From contig CALXMC010000003.1 of the NCBI GenBank assembly GCA_944389385.1, positions 10,356 to 74,355 of the forward strand: a stretch of 64,000 nt of DNA. Reading direction: 5' to 3'. The stretch comes from an uncultured Alphaproteobacteria bacterium (GTDB lineage: Bacteria > Pseudomonadota > Alphaproteobacteria > Rs-D84). The position numbers were made by a program, and so were the translations under genes. Below, piece after piece: positions 1-10,911 of this stretch. Each line of letters begins with the position of its first letter. The first letter of the stretch is position 1. Below the pieces are notes generated by a model. The model had not been told where the DNA came from and made no database searches. It saw only the letters and a program-made list of their open reading frames with translations.

Positions 1-1126
1 GCTGACAATAGAACCACTGTGCGGATCTTTTTTACAGATTTTTTCTATGTACGGGACAACCGTATCGTCAAACAGTGTGATTGTCGCAGATATAACCCAA
101 TTTGCATCAGGAATATTTTCACAAAATTTTTCGGGTTTGCCAAATTCATCACACTGGGCCGCCAGATTTTTCCACAATTGCCACGATGCGCCCAATTCGT
201 GTTTTTTATCTGCGGGCGTATCGTTATCGCCGTATGTTGTGCTTTCTGTGATTGAACCGTTGGTTACAAACACCAAATCATCGGGCGATAATTTTATTTC
301 GCGCCGACGGCCTGATTTTATCATTTCTATTTTCTGGGCAACTTTTTTATTTTGTTTGCAATTTACGTCTATGTTCGTAATTGTCGTATCAAAGTGAAAT
401 TTTACCCCGTGTGATTCCAACCAACGCACCAATGGCGTTATCAAAGATTCGTACTGGTTATATTTTGTGAATTTTAATGCAGACATATCCGCCAATTTGC
501 CAACATGATGGATAAAGCGCAATAAATAACGACGCATCTCCATCGCGCTGGACCATTTTTCAAATGCAAACATGGTTGCCCAATACAGCCAAAAGTTCGA
601 TTCAAAAAATTCATCGCCAAATACTTGGTCGATTTGAACATCTTGTAATTTTTCTTCGGGCATAAGGGTTAAATCTATCATTTCGCGGATTGCGGTGGGG
701 GTCAGTGTTAATTTACCATCATCGCGCATACGATGCCCGCGACGTTCAATCGCACGACAATGCGAAAAACTGGGGTCTGATTTGTTCAGCCAATAAAATT
801 CGTCCAAAACAGAAATGTCTGGGTTTTCCAACGATGGAATCGAACGAAATAAATCCCACAGGGTTTCAAAGTGCGCCTCCATTTCACGGCCACCACGGAT
901 GATAAAGCCACGTTGGGGATTTTTTATGCCGTCCATACTGCCGCCGGCGATGGGTAATTCTTCAAAAATATGAATTTTATTGCCGCGCATTTTTCCATCG
1001 CGAATCATAAACACAGCCGCCGCCAAACCGGCCAAGCCGCCCCCCACTATGTATGCAGATTTTTTTGCTGAATCCGCCGGTGGCAATGGGGTGGCAAAGG
1101 CTTCGTAATTACCGTTACTGTAATAC
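1..1126 (-). CDS. ohyA: Oleate hydratase (FAD-dependent, MCRA family). Partial: the 3' end runs off the window start.
   Basis: Minus-strand translation from the ATG at 1124-1126 (RBS GGAGAAAG upstream) gives [50 protein letters not shown], the FAD-binding N-terminus typical of oleate hydratases. The reading frame stays open to position 1. Confidence 0.7.
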
Positions 1127-1224
1127 ATGTTCTTTCTCCTTTTTTTATTGTAACTGGTATTAAAACACGCAATAATCTTATTACGTTTTGGACATATAAA
1201 TAAACAGGACACTTTTCATCAACA

Positions 1225-1719
1225 ATGACCGCCAATAATACATTTACATCACAATACAATACCCCCATCGGGCGTGTCACCATGGCATCAGATGGCGTTG
1301 CGTTGATTGGACTGTGGATAAATGGGCAAAAACACTTTATGGCGGGCATGCCGTCAAATGCCACACACCGGGATGATTTACAGATTTTTGTTCGCGCGCG
1401 CAGGTGGTTGGATGAATATTTTTTGGGACACAATCCATCTGTTTCTGATTTGCCTTTGGCACCCGTTGGGACGAATTTTCAGCGCGCCGTTTGGAACGAA
1501 TTATATAAAATTCCATACGGGCAAACCATCACATACGGCGATATTGCGCGGCGCATTGGCGCGTTTCCACGTGCGGTCGGTTCTGCGGTGGGTTGTAATC
1601 GTATTTCTGTTATTATTCCGTGTCACCGTGTGGTTGGCGCAAACGGCGCAATAACCGGATATGCAGCCGGCATCAACACAAAAATAAAATTGTTACAACA
1701 CGAAGGTGTAAAACTGTGA
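1225..1719 (+). CDS. ogt: Methylated-DNA--protein-cysteine methyltransferase
   Basis: 164 aa with the active-site motif IPCHRVV and conserved C-terminal DNA-binding region. Confidence 0.85.
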   Translation: MTANNTFTSQYNTPIGRVTMASDGVALIGLWINGQKHFMAGMPSNATHRDDLQIFVRARRWLDEYFLGHNPSVSDLPLAPVGTNFQRAVWNELYKIPYGQTITYGDIARRIGAFPRAVGSAVGCNRISVIIPCHRVVGANGAITGYAAGINTKIKLLQHEGVKL

Positions 1720-2282
1720 TTCAAAAAAAATCTTGGTCTGACGGTCGCATGCGTTGTTATTGGGCAAATCCAAATAATGAAAAATACATCCGATATCACG
1801 ATATGGAATGGGGTGTGCCAACGCACGATGATGCAACGCTGTTTGAAATGTTGATGTTGGAAACATTTCAGGCCGGATTGTCATGGGAATGTATTTTGAA
1901 CAAGCGCGACAATTTTCGCCGCGCGTTTGATAATTTTGATTTACGCGCTGTATGCAATTATGACGATAAAAAAATATCAGAACTGATGCAGGACGACGGA
2001 ATAATTCGAAACAAACGTAAAATTGTCGCAACGGTTAATAATGCGCGCGTATTCGCAGAATTGGTCAAAGAATTCGGGACATTTGATAAATACCTGTGGC
2101 AATGGACGAATGGGAAAACCGTTTATGAATACGATAAAACACAATCTGAATTATCAGACAAAATATCAAACGATTTGCGCCGCCGCGGTATGCGTTTTGT
2201 CGGCACCACCACCATTTATGCGTTTTTACAGGCAACGGGCGTGATAAATTCTCATTTGCCGGGATGCTTTTTGCACAAATAA
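1716..2282 (+). CDS. tag: DNA-3-methyladenine glycosylase I
   Basis: GTG start at 1716 overlaps the ogt stop (CTGTGATT). Product begins VIQKKSWSD..YIRYHDMEWGVPTHDD..FEMLMLETFQAGLSWECIL, matching the Tag family. Confidence 0.8.
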   Translation: MIQKKSWSDGRMRCYWANPNNEKYIRYHDMEWGVPTHDDATLFEMLMLETFQAGLSWECILNKRDNFRRAFDNFDLRAVCNYDDKKISELMQDDGIIRNKRKIVATVNNARVFAELVKEFGTFDKYLWQWTNGKTVYEYDKTQSELSDKISNDLRRRGMRFVGTTTIYAFLQATGVINSHLPGCFLHK

Positions 2283-2312
2283 AAACGGGGCGTTTGCCCC
2301 GTTGTTATTTTA
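2283..2312. terminator. Bidirectional rho-independent terminator between tag (+) and the gene at 2310-2858 (-)
   Basis: Hairpin AACGGGGCGTTTGCCCCGTT flanked by an A-run upstream and a T-run downstream. Confidence 0.5.
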
Positions 2313-2858
2313 TGCCGCCATGCCACCATTTTGTTTTTGACGCATTTGCAGAATCATTAACATCTGCATCTTTTGCGCGGCGGCGCGGAAAGCATCCTGG
2401 GTGGCGGTTTTGTTTTTCGACGACGCATCTTTTTCAACCGCCTGATATTTTTTCACCATTGCCATCATGGATTCGCGTGCCGCGGTCATTTCCTGGGCGG
2501 TGCGCGCATTCCATTTGGCGCGTGTTTTTTCATCCACATCCAAAACAGATTCACGATTTGGATTTGTCATCATAACTTTTGACCATTCGGCACTGTGCGA
2601 TGCGAATATTTGACGCATGTACATTGCGGCCGGACTGGCCGTGCCATTGGATTGAATAAATTGTTTCATTTGTGATAATGTTTTATACCAAGCGTTCCCC
2701 AACGTTCCCCCGCGCAGCCAATTATTATACGTCAAATTCGCAAATAATTTCTGGTACGCCACCGCGATGGATTTTTTATCGTCCGCCGATAATTGCGGGG
2801 CTTGATTAACAGATTTCCCCATAATCATCTGGATATTTTTATCAAATTCGTCCGCCAT
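2310..2858 (-). CDS. Hypothetical cytoplasmic protein
   Basis: 182-aa ORF with RBS AAAGGGG upstream of the ATG. No recognisable motifs. Confidence 0.5.
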   Translation of the reverse strand: MADEFDKNIQMIMGKSVNQAPQLSADDKKSIAVAYQKLFANLTYNNWLRGGTLGNAWYKTLSQMKQFIQSNGTASPAAMYMRQIFASHSAEWSKVMMTNPNRESVLDVDEKTRAKWNARTAQEMTAARESMMAMVKKYQAVEKDASSKNKTATQDAFRAAAQKMQMLMILQMRQKQNGGMAA

Positions 2859-3098
2859 GGTTACACCCCTTTGTTACCCGTTCATCTTTATATAGTGTTC
2901 AAAATACACTTTTCAAGTTTTTGTCCATGCCTGAAAATAGCCTTTGACTTTATTCCCATAATATAGCACCCTGTACAACGGTTATGCCACAAACAACACA
3001 CTGTTGCCAATAATGGGCGGTGTGGGTATGACCCGCAGTCTTGCCAATAATGGGGGCTGTGTGATTCATTTCATCGACAACAACGAAGGAGTTACAAG

Positions 3099-4100
3099 AT
3101 GAAAAAAAGTTTGAAATTAGCGGTGGCAGCGTCTGTTTTGGCAACGCCTGCGATGGCTGCTAATTTGGAAAATCCGTTGTACATGCCGACATCAGGCGAA
3201 TTTTATTCAAAAACAACGGCTGGTTTAATGTTAAAGGTCGCAGACAGTTCCGATGCGCATATCGCCAAGGAACACGATGGCGCGACTGAATTTCCGATTT
3301 GGCGTGTCCAGGAAGATTTGGGCATCGGTATCACAGACCGTATTGCCATCCGTGGCGCATTCCAATACACATACGACGGCGATATTGACCGCCAGGGCAT
3401 GAATCATGGCCGCTTGGGCTTGATTTGGCGCGCAATTGAAACATCCGACGATATCGTTTTGGATATCTATGCAGATGCGCACTTGGGCGGCATAAATAAA
3501 ATGCGCGGTTCGTTTGATTTTACCAACAAGGTATTTAATTACGACAATTATTCCAACGGTCGTTGGGGCGTGGATGCCGGTGTTCGTTTCGGTAAAACTT
3601 GGAGCAAATTAACCACATCCGCATTCGTGGAAGTTCTGCAAACATTCGGCAGCAGCAATAATGTTATTGGTATAAGCAATCCATTATTGGCGGCGGCCGG
3701 TGTTCCAGAAGAAATTTCTGTTGATTTAAAATCCACGACCGAGGTTAATTTCGGCCTGAACGCGTTTTACCAATTGGATGACCGTTGGTCGTTTGGCGCG
3801 GGATTCAAATACAATCATCATGCCGACAATGGCGTAAAAGGCTTGGCAACGGATATCGATTGGATTACCCCTGCTTCTGATGGGGTTAAACCGCGGGTAG
3901 AGAGTCTGATTGCCAGTTTGGCGGATATGGACGATGGTTTTGATGAATATATCATCACATTGTCTGCTGCGAACCAGATTACCGACAATGTCCAGGTTGC
4001 GGTCTATGGCGAATACACGTTTGACGATGCGCATGCGCAGTCTCAAAACGGTACAGACGTCAAAGCCGAAGTTGGCGTTCGTTTGAATCTGCGTTTTTAA
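3099..4100 (+). CDS. Outer membrane beta-barrel protein of unknown function
   Basis: RBS GAAGGA, signal peptide MKKSLKLAVAASVLATPAMA, alternating amphipathic segments, C-terminal ..VGVRLNLRF ending in Phe. Confidence 0.6.
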   Translation: MKKSLKLAVAASVLATPAMAANLENPLYMPTSGEFYSKTTAGLMLKVADSSDAHIAKEHDGATEFPIWRVQEDLGIGITDRIAIRGAFQYTYDGDIDRQGMNHGRLGLIWRAIETSDDIVLDIYADAHLGGINKMRGSFDFTNKVFNYDNYSNGRWGVDAGVRFGKTWSKLTTSAFVEVLQTFGSSNNVIGISNPLLAAAGVPEEISVDLKSTTEVNFGLNAFYQLDDRWSFGAGFKYNHHADNGVKGLATDIDWITPASDGVKPRVESLIASLADMDDGFDEYIITLSAANQITDNVQVAVYGEYTFDDAHAQSQNGTDVKAEVGVRLNLRF

Positions 4101-4138
4101 TAAATAAAAACGATAAATTTAACTTATATTGGACAATT

Positions 4139-4164
4139 GCCCCGCCCCCGCGGGGCTTTTTATT
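4139..4164 (+). terminator. Rho-independent terminator
   Basis: GC hairpin GCCCCGCCCCCGCGGGGC followed by TTTTTATT. Confidence 0.5.
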
Positions 4165-4235
4165 CTTTTGTAAACTAAATACTTTTATCCCGTGTATTTT
4201 TATGATATAATGGTGGCAAAGGAATTTGGAAAGGG

Positions 4236-5324
4236 ATGAGAAAAGTCGGCTTTTTCGCGGCATTGACGGGTGTTTTATTCGGTGCGAACTTCGCGGCGGA
4301 TGCGGTTTATCCTGTTTACAGCGGGTATCAGGGCACAAATGCCAATGGCCAAGTGATTATGTTACCAACCACCAGCGGGACGGTTATGCCGACGAATAAT
4401 CCAAATGTTGCAACGCCCACACGCATAACGGGCACATTGCCACGTGTCGGTTCAAACACAACCCGGGTGTCCAGTACTGTTGCCGGGCGGCAGTATTATC
4501 AACCCGCCGACTTTGATCGTTTGGCGGACAGTGGTCTGTATGTCGGTTTGTCTGTTGGATATTCGGCCAGTATCAGTGGCGGCATGATTTCTGATTATAT
4601 GAATGAAGATGGCGGGCAATTCGTTCCCGGCGCTTTTCAAGAGGCTGCATTTAACACAGATACAGTTATCCCGTTGCAGTTATCGGTCGGCGCATCCATT
4701 AACAACGATTTACGTGTGGATTTTGGGTATTTGCGTTATTCTGGTTTGGCGTACCCCAGTGTTGTCCAATCGGCTGACGGTATTGGCGGCTATGTCGAAG
4801 CAACCGTCGATGGTGGCGCAATTACGTCAAACGCAACCATGCTGAATTTGTATTACAATATCGATTCTTATACTGGATATTTGGCCGGCGGTATGTTGCG
4901 ACCGTATGTCGGTGTTGGTGTTGGTATCGCATTAAATACGATTGCTGATTACGTAGTGTATGACAGCACATTTTATTCCGAAATGGAACCCAGTATGGCC
5001 GGTCCGGGTGACATTACTGGTATATCAGACGTATATGCGTATCACAATGGTGGAACGTCTGAACAACTGGCATTTATGTTCGAAGGCGGTTTAACCACTG
5101 AATTGGACGGCGGAATAAAAATAGATTTCTTTGTCAGATATACAAACCTGGGCAAGGTCAGAACATCGGGCAGTATTGTTTTATCACAAACACAATGGTT
5201 GGGTGACGGTGCAGGTGGCGAATACCCCAACCCATACGACAGTGTTTATCATTACACAAATTGGTACGAAAGTGGCCGGCTTAGCACCGTTGATCTGGGG
5301 TTACGTTTAAGATTACAATTCTGA
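4236..5324 (+). CDS. Outer membrane beta-barrel protein of unknown function
   Basis: Signal peptide MRKVGFFAALTGVLFGANFAA and C-terminal ..LGLRLRLQF. Confidence 0.55.
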   Translation: MRKVGFFAALTGVLFGANFAADAVYPVYSGYQGTNANGQVIMLPTTSGTVMPTNNPNVATPTRITGTLPRVGSNTTRVSSTVAGRQYYQPADFDRLADSGLYVGLSVGYSASISGGMISDYMNEDGGQFVPGAFQEAAFNTDTVIPLQLSVGASINNDLRVDFGYLRYSGLAYPSVVQSADGIGGYVEATVDGGAITSNATMLNLYYNIDSYTGYLAGGMLRPYVGVGVGIALNTIADYVVYDSTFYSEMEPSMAGPGDITGISDVYAYHNGGTSEQLAFMFEGGLTTELDGGIKIDFFVRYTNLGKVRTSGSIVLSQTQWLGDGAGGEYPNPYDSVYHYTNWYESGRLSTVDLGLRLRLQF

Positions 5325-5357
5325 TAATTTTTGTGTGTGCGGGGGGACACAGTTTTT

Positions 5358-7067
5358 ATGAAATCAAACCATTCGATTATTCATTATTCTGTGTTGGCTG
5401 CATTATTGGCGGTCGTCCCGGGCGTTGCAACATCGGCTGTACGTATCGGCAACCATTCGCGCGGGTATTCTTCATACAATAATCAAAATAATCCAACTGT
5501 ACGCAGTCAAATAAATAACCCGGGTAATGCCGTTATGGGTACAGTTGCGCCCGCCCCAACCCCAACAGTAAATGCAACAGAAAATGATTCTGCCGCCGCA
5601 ACAAATGAATCGGACGAACATCTGTCGGCAACTGCATCGCATGAATGCCCTCTGATTTATCCGAATGCAGAAATTGCGTGGGGAACCCCAACAATCGGCG
5701 CGGGCATTGGTGGCGCAGATACATGTGTTGCAACGGTCGAACTGGTTGGATACCAGGCCGCCGAAGACGGCAGTGATTTGGTGTTGGCACGTGCAAATTT
5801 GGCACTGGGGGACACATTCAAATGTAATATTTCTTCTTTCCCCGAAGCCACAATGTATATAGATGCGGTGGAAAGTTTTTATTTCCCAACCGATAATCCA
5901 CCAACCATAGACGACGTCATCGCGCAAATGAACCAAGAACAAAAGCAAAACGCAGGGTTAAAAATTGCTGCGGGGGCTTTGATTGGTGGCCTGGGCGGAA
6001 ACATGGCCGGAACCGGCGATGGGGACAGTTTATTGGGAACTAATAAAGAAAAAGTTCAAAGTACCGTTATTGGTGCTCTGTCGGGGGCTGCGTTAATGGC
6101 GGGCAATACTTACGCCGGTAAAGTGGCGGGGGATGTCATTTTATCAACCGGGGTAAATGCTGCGGCCGGCGGGGTTGTTGGCAATATGGCCCAGACGGGT
6201 GATTCTGTGTTGCGTATCGAAGATTGTACAATTACTGAAAATGGCGTTGAACGTAAAACAACTTGTTTGTGGGGCTCGGTTGCCACAACGGATGCAGGAT
6301 TACAGCCTGGCGAACGCGCATATTACAGAATTGACGACGGGTCGGGAACTACATACGTTTGTTCCGATACAACCGATGCGTCGGGGAATACAAGCACCAG
6401 ATGCAACCAAGAAAGATTGGTAAATATTCGATTGGCCGCTTATCCAAATACAGACATTACCCAAATAAAAGAAGAACAATTCGAAAAAATATATAATACC
6501 ACGTTGGGATTGCAGTATTATATGACAACTGACCTGAACGGAAATGTAGACTTTACGCAATCGGGTGCCAATTCTGATAACGGCATTTGGGCTGAAATCA
6601 GTTCCGCAAATCGTATTAAAAACGAAATTCCTGCGATGATTGAATTGCAAGATAAAGCGTTCGGTTTTTCGTCGGAAGATTGGGATAAGTGGAAAAGAAA
6701 TAATGGCGCGGGCGTTAAAATTTATGGTCGCAGTACCACGGGTAACGCATACGAATTATCTGGGGAAAATGTGGCCAGTATACAAAACTTCTATCCCATG
6801 AAAATCGATGCTGATGATGGTGCCGTGATAGATTTTGGTAACAAAGCCCGTTTGAAAAGTACTCTGATTGGCGCAGGCGTTGGCGGGGCGTTGGGTGGAT
6901 TTACCGCGTACCAAGGCGCACAGTTGGATGTCCAAAATCGTTGGACAACCGCAATGCGTGAATACGAAGATTCTTTAAGTAAGGTCTATTGTCGCAGTGG
7001 TTCAAGATGGCTTAGCCGATATAACGATACTGTGTTTGTACCGGCATCTTTGAACACAGCAGAATAA
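5358..7067 (+). CDS. Secreted hypothetical protein, Gly-rich and Cys-containing
   Basis: ATG at 5358 gives signal peptide MKSNHSIIHYSVLAALLAVVPGVATSA. Contains a Gly/Ala-rich stretch GGLGGNMAGTGDGD. No known domain recognised. Confidence 0.5.
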   Translation: MKSNHSIIHYSVLAALLAVVPGVATSAVRIGNHSRGYSSYNNQNNPTVRSQINNPGNAVMGTVAPAPTPTVNATENDSAAATNESDEHLSATASHECPLIYPNAEIAWGTPTIGAGIGGADTCVATVELVGYQAAEDGSDLVLARANLALGDTFKCNISSFPEATMYIDAVESFYFPTDNPPTIDDVIAQMNQEQKQNAGLKIAAGALIGGLGGNMAGTGDGDSLLGTNKEKVQSTVIGALSGAALMAGNTYAGKVAGDVILSTGVNAAAGGVVGNMAQTGDSVLRIEDCTITENGVERKTTCLWGSVATTDAGLQPGERAYYRIDDGSGTTYVCSDTTDASGNTSTRCNQERLVNIRLAAYPNTDITQIKEEQFEKIYNTTLGLQYYMTTDLNGNVDFTQSGANSDNGIWAEISSANRIKNEIPAMIELQDKAFGFSSEDWDKWKRNNGAGVKIYGRSTTGNAYELSGENVASIQNFYPMKIDADDGAVIDFGNKARLKSTLIGAGVGGALGGFTAYQGAQLDVQNRWTTAMREYEDSLSKVYCRSGSRWLSRYNDTVFVPASLNTAE

Positions 7068-7082
7068 TTTCCGACACTGCTT

Positions 7083-8324
7083 TTATTTATGCGCGTACGC
7101 CAACACATACGGCACCAGTGCATCCGGTGCACCATTAAACCATTCACGCGGAATAATTAAACTGTTACGCTGGCCCGCGGACATTTTTGGCAAACATTCG
7201 CCGTTTGCTGCGTTTATAATGCGTTCCAGTTTTACCGATATATTCGCGTCGCTGTGCGGAATGATAAAGTTTATTGTATCGCCACACTTTATTTCATTAC
7301 GCAATTCCAGTGTGATTTTTTCCGCATCCGTTGCGGTCACAACACCTGCCGCGTGATATTGCGATACAGAACGCCCTGTTTCATAATTATGTGCATCCGG
7401 CCCGGCCGGCCCATCAAAAAACGCAGTTGTATATCCGCGTGTTTCCAGCCGTTCCAATTCGGCCATGTATGGCGCGGGGTCAAATGCCGCGGGATTGCGC
7501 GCATACGCATCCAATGCGGCACGGTACGCATGCACAACCGCACCAACGTAATATTCGCTGCGATTGCGGCCTTCTATCTTTAATGAATCAGGGCGGGATT
7601 CAATAACCTCGCGCAGGCGCGGCATCAAACACAAATCGCGCGCGTTCATAATGTATGCACCACGGTCATCTTCTTCGATTGGCATTTCGATGCCCGATTC
7701 ATGTTCGCGCAAAATCACATCGTATTTCCACCGGCATAATTGCGCACATGCGCCACGATTGGCGGGTCGGCCCGTGATAAAATTCGATAACAAACAACGG
7801 CCCGAATAAGACATGCACATCGCGCCATGGACAAAGATTTCCAGACCAACGTCTGGGCATTTTTCACGAATCTGTCGAAATTCAGGGTGCGAAACCTCGC
7901 GCGCCAAAACACACAAACGCGCGCCGGCAGCCTGCCAAAATTTAACGGACGCGGCCGAACATATATTCGCCTGGGTCGATATGTGTATTGGCATATATGG
8001 AAAATTTTCGCGCACCCACATCATAACGCCTGGGTCGGATATAATCAGCGCATCGGGGTTCAGGTACTTAATCATGTCCGCCACGCGTGGCATATTTTCA
8101 AAATCACGCTCGTGCGCAAATAAATTAAACGCCAAATATACTTTGCGCCCCGCGGCGTGTGCCAGTTCGATGCCGGCGCGAACCTGGTCCGCGGTGATTT
8201 TTGCACGCGCCCGCATGGAAAACCCCGGCAATCCCGCATAAATTGCATCTGCACCATATAAAATGGCGGTTTTGAACGCGTCCAGCGTACCCGCCGGCGC
8301 CAATAATTCAGGTAATTTTGTCAT
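7083..8324 (-). CDS. Peptidase U32 family protein (collagenase-like; YhbU/RlhA-type)
   Basis: 413 aa starting MTKLPELLAPAGTLDAFKTAILYGADAIYAGLPGFSMRARA, then ..ISTQANI..FVHGAMCMSYSGRCLLS, characteristic of the U32 family. Confidence 0.75.
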   Translation of the reverse strand: MTKLPELLAPAGTLDAFKTAILYGADAIYAGLPGFSMRARAKITADQVRAGIELAHAAGRKVYLAFNLFAHERDFENMPRVADMIKYLNPDALIISDPGVMMWVRENFPYMPIHISTQANICSAASVKFWQAAGARLCVLAREVSHPEFRQIREKCPDVGLEIFVHGAMCMSYSGRCLLSNFITGRPANRGACAQLCRWKYDVILREHESGIEMPIEEDDRGAYIMNARDLCLMPRLREVIESRPDSLKIEGRNRSEYYVGAVVHAYRAALDAYARNPAAFDPAPYMAELERLETRGYTTAFFDGPAGPDAHNYETGRSVSQYHAAGVVTATDAEKITLELRNEIKCGDTINFIIPHSDANISVKLERIINAANGECLPKMSAGQRNSLIIPREWFNGAPDALVPYVLAYAHK

Positions 8325-8382
8325 AGTATTTATATTTTCCGCACAAAATTATACTTTGCAAGCAAATTATGAATTTTTTGGC

Positions 8383-8411
8383 TTGAAATTCATACGCGCA
8401 CCATGTATAGT
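8383..8411 (+). promoter_or_regulatory. Sigma70-like promoter for tRNA-Thr
   Basis: TTGAAA, 17-nt spacer, TATAGT, ending about 12 nt before the mature tRNA 5' end. Confidence 0.4.
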
Positions 8412-8422
8412 GTATGCACGTT

Positions 8423-8498
8423 GCCGGATTAGCTCAGCTGGTAGAGCGGCTGATTTGTAATCAGTAGGTCGTTGGTTCAAGTCCGACATCCGGCACCA
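8423..8498 (+). tRNA. tRNA-Thr (anticodon TGT)
   Basis: GCCGGATTAGCTCAGCTGGTAGAGC..anticodon loop TTTGTAA..GGTTCAAGTCCGACATCCGGCACCA. Cloverleaf with encoded CCA. Confidence 0.9.
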
Positions 8499-8502
8499 GA
8501 TT

Positions 8503-8530
8503 AACCCCGCATCCCGCGGGATTTTTTGTT
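8503..8530 (+). terminator. Rho-independent terminator after tRNA-Thr
   Basis: Hairpin CCCGCATCCCGCGGG followed by ATTTTTTGTTTT. Confidence 0.45.
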
Positions 8531-8538
8531 TTAAGATT

Positions 8539-10911
8539 CTATTTCCGTAAAAATCCGTATTCATATATTTTAGGTTCGATTTCGGTCGCCAGTTCGCGCA
8601 TCGCAGCGGTTAATTCAGATTCCAGACGATTGAATTCGGCATCATCAGATTTGTTATTCATTTTGCCGTTATCTTTACGGCCTTTGAAAAATTCCTTGAT
8701 ATCATACAGCGATGCATTTGGGTTCGCACCACGGGTATGATAATACCGCCATATTTCCAACCCTGCATTATACACCCCCAGCGCAGCAGGTGATAATGAT
8801 TCCGGTATATGGCGACCAGCCAAAAATTGTGACATAAAATTACTGTCGAACGAAGACGCGCAACCAACCATATCCTCGGTAAATGGAATCCAGTGATTTA
8901 CACCATCATTACTGCTGATACGATTTTGGGTATGGAACAGTGTATAAATCAAACAATTATTCTTAAATTCGTCATCGGATTCGTATAAAAATTCCTGGCG
9001 CGCTTCCAATAAATTATCGGTATCATTTACGGGACGTGATACAGGATACAAAAACTGATCACGGTCATTTAACCAAGTTGCCGGAATAGCATGACGAACA
9101 GCAAAATATATCGCCGCATTTATAACATTTGATTCTGATACGGTTGTTTCATGATGTCCCCGACCATTTGTTGATAAGAACACATAATTTTGGTTTTGAA
9201 AATCGTTTCCAACATAACCCATGACCGCAATTTTATTCTGTGAATTTCGCCATTCATTTTGCCAATCATTCAAAAAACGTGTTCCTGTATTATAAGCAAA
9301 GAACTTTTTACGGCCATTCATTTCGCCGTCATTTTCCAATACATTGCACGATATGTTTGTAATCGGTTGTTTATTGTCTAGATTCCACATTGTAAAGGCG
9401 ATTGGAAAATTGCCCTTTACATTATCAAATGTATTTGCACGAACAACAAATCCACCAATGTATTCCGCACGAAAAAACTCGCGAAATACCGTAAAATTCG
9501 GTGCTGACACTATTTTCAACTTTGAAAATAGTGTCAGCACCGAATGCGGAATTTGCAAATAAATGCGAGTAATAAACTGTGCAAAAACCTCCATGGCAGC
9601 CTTTCCAATCAACTCCATACTTTGATTATGAAATTTTGTTGCCGCTACACCGCTACGAATATTTCTATTTTTAGTATGAGTATCTCCTTCTGCGTACGGT
9701 GGATTGATATAAATTATCAATTTCTGTTGTTCTTCCGGATTCTGAATAATATCATACAAACGATCCGGCATTTTACCGCCATCACGTACGGGTTTAAAAT
9801 CATCATTCAAGAAATCAAACTGAAAAATCTGATTTTCAAACAAATTGCTGTTTTGCCGCATTATTTCAACATCTGGTTCCATCAGGGTGCTGGCAAATAT
9901 ATTACGTCTTTCCTGGGGCAGACCAACCAACATATTCCCCGTACCCGCCGCACAATCCCAAATATACATATCTTTAAAATTATCACCAAATGCGGTCGCC
10001 ATGTATTCTTGGGATTTTTCTACCCAAATTTGTGGTGTAAAAAATGCACCTGTTGTTTCACGAACTTTCTGTGGCACCAATAAATCGCGCCGTTCCTGGA
10101 TTATACGCCAATATTCCCGTTTGGGTGGGCGACGATATTTATTCCAAAATAAATTATGTTTATCTGGATTGATAATTGCATAATCTTTTGTAAATAATTC
10201 TCCGTTAATTTTGACATTTGATTTATACCCGTTGCCACTGCGCAAAATTTTTAATTTATCCAGTTCTGGGATGGATTCGTTATCTTCTGATAATAAATCC
10301 GCCAAATAAAAATCACCCGGTGTTATGCCGACTTTTTTATTATAATCGCTGTTTATGTCGCGAATGTTTCCCCCCAGTTCTTTTTGCCATTTCATAAACA
10401 CAGACACAAAATTATTGGCGTTTATCTTTTTTTGTAAAATTTGTCCCCGTAAACCGCGCCCAGCAATAATTTTAGACAATGCAGATTTTAATTCACGCGC
10501 ATCCGTTTCATATTGATATAAAGATACTTTGCCTTCGGCAAATTTACGTACCAAATCGACAGTTCTTATATCTACGGCACTGGGCGTTTGTAACCAATTC
10601 ATATCACTGGCTGTACTTAACGCTTGGTACAATGGATCAAATTCTATAAAACCGCATTTAACATTATCAAATCCGCCGATGTATTCCGGAAAATCTATTT
10701 TGTCAGAATCGCGGTGAATCGTTAATATTAATTGCGCCAACATACGATAAATATCGGTTTCTTCATGTTTGGCCTCGAAATAAATATACGGCAGTGATAA
10801 ATCAATAGCACCCAAACCGACATTTCCCAAATTAAAATAGTTTTGGAAAATATCTTTGACTTCTTCTTCGCGCCGTGCGGCACGCATTTGCTGAACCAAT
10901 GTGATTGCCAT
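8539..10911 (-). CDS. Single-chain Type IIG (MmeI-like) restriction endonuclease / N6-adenine DNA methyltransferase
   Basis: 790 aa. Start ATG at 10909-10911 with RBS AAGGGGAGA. N-terminal PD-(D/E)xK-like D..EAK (AIDLSLPYIYFEAK). Gamma-class MTase motifs in order: X (TGAFFTPQ), I (WDCAAGTGNMLVG), IV (IYINPPYA), plus about 300 aa of C-terminal target-recognition-like region. GC is markedly lower than flanking DNA (roughly 37% versus 46-48%). Confidence 0.6.
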   Translation of the reverse strand: MAITLVQQMRAARREEEVKDIFQNYFNLGNVGLGAIDLSLPYIYFEAKHEETDIYRMLAQLILTIHRDSDKIDFPEYIGGFDNVKCGFIEFDPLYQALSTASDMNWLQTPSAVDIRTVDLVRKFAEGKVSLYQYETDARELKSALSKIIAGRGLRGQILQKKINANNFVSVFMKWQKELGGNIRDINSDYNKKVGITPGDFYLADLLSEDNESIPELDKLKILRSGNGYKSNVKINGELFTKDYAIINPDKHNLFWNKYRRPPKREYWRIIQERRDLLVPQKVRETTGAFFTPQIWVEKSQEYMATAFGDNFKDMYIWDCAAGTGNMLVGLPQERRNIFASTLMEPDVEIMRQNSNLFENQIFQFDFLNDDFKPVRDGGKMPDRLYDIIQNPEEQQKLIIYINPPYAEGDTHTKNRNIRSGVAATKFHNQSMELIGKAAMEVFAQFITRIYLQIPHSVLTLFSKLKIVSAPNFTVFREFFRAEYIGGFVVRANTFDNVKGNFPIAFTMWNLDNKQPITNISCNVLENDGEMNGRKKFFAYNTGTRFLNDWQNEWRNSQNKIAVMGYVGNDFQNQNYVFLSTNGRGHHETTVSESNVINAAIYFAVRHAIPATWLNDRDQFLYPVSRPVNDTDNLLEARQEFLYESDDEFKNNCLIYTLFHTQNRISSNDGVNHWIPFTEDMVGCASSFDSNFMSQFLAGRHIPESLSPAALGVYNAGLEIWRYYHTRGANPNASLYDIKEFFKGRKDNGKMNNKSDDAEFNRLESELTAAMRELATEIEPKIYEYGFLRK

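Noticed and set aside
19-397. Plus-strand ORFs at the window start (19-255, 47-397)
   Set aside because: They are antisense to the oleate hydratase gene, which has a strong RBS and family-typical N-terminus on the minus strand.
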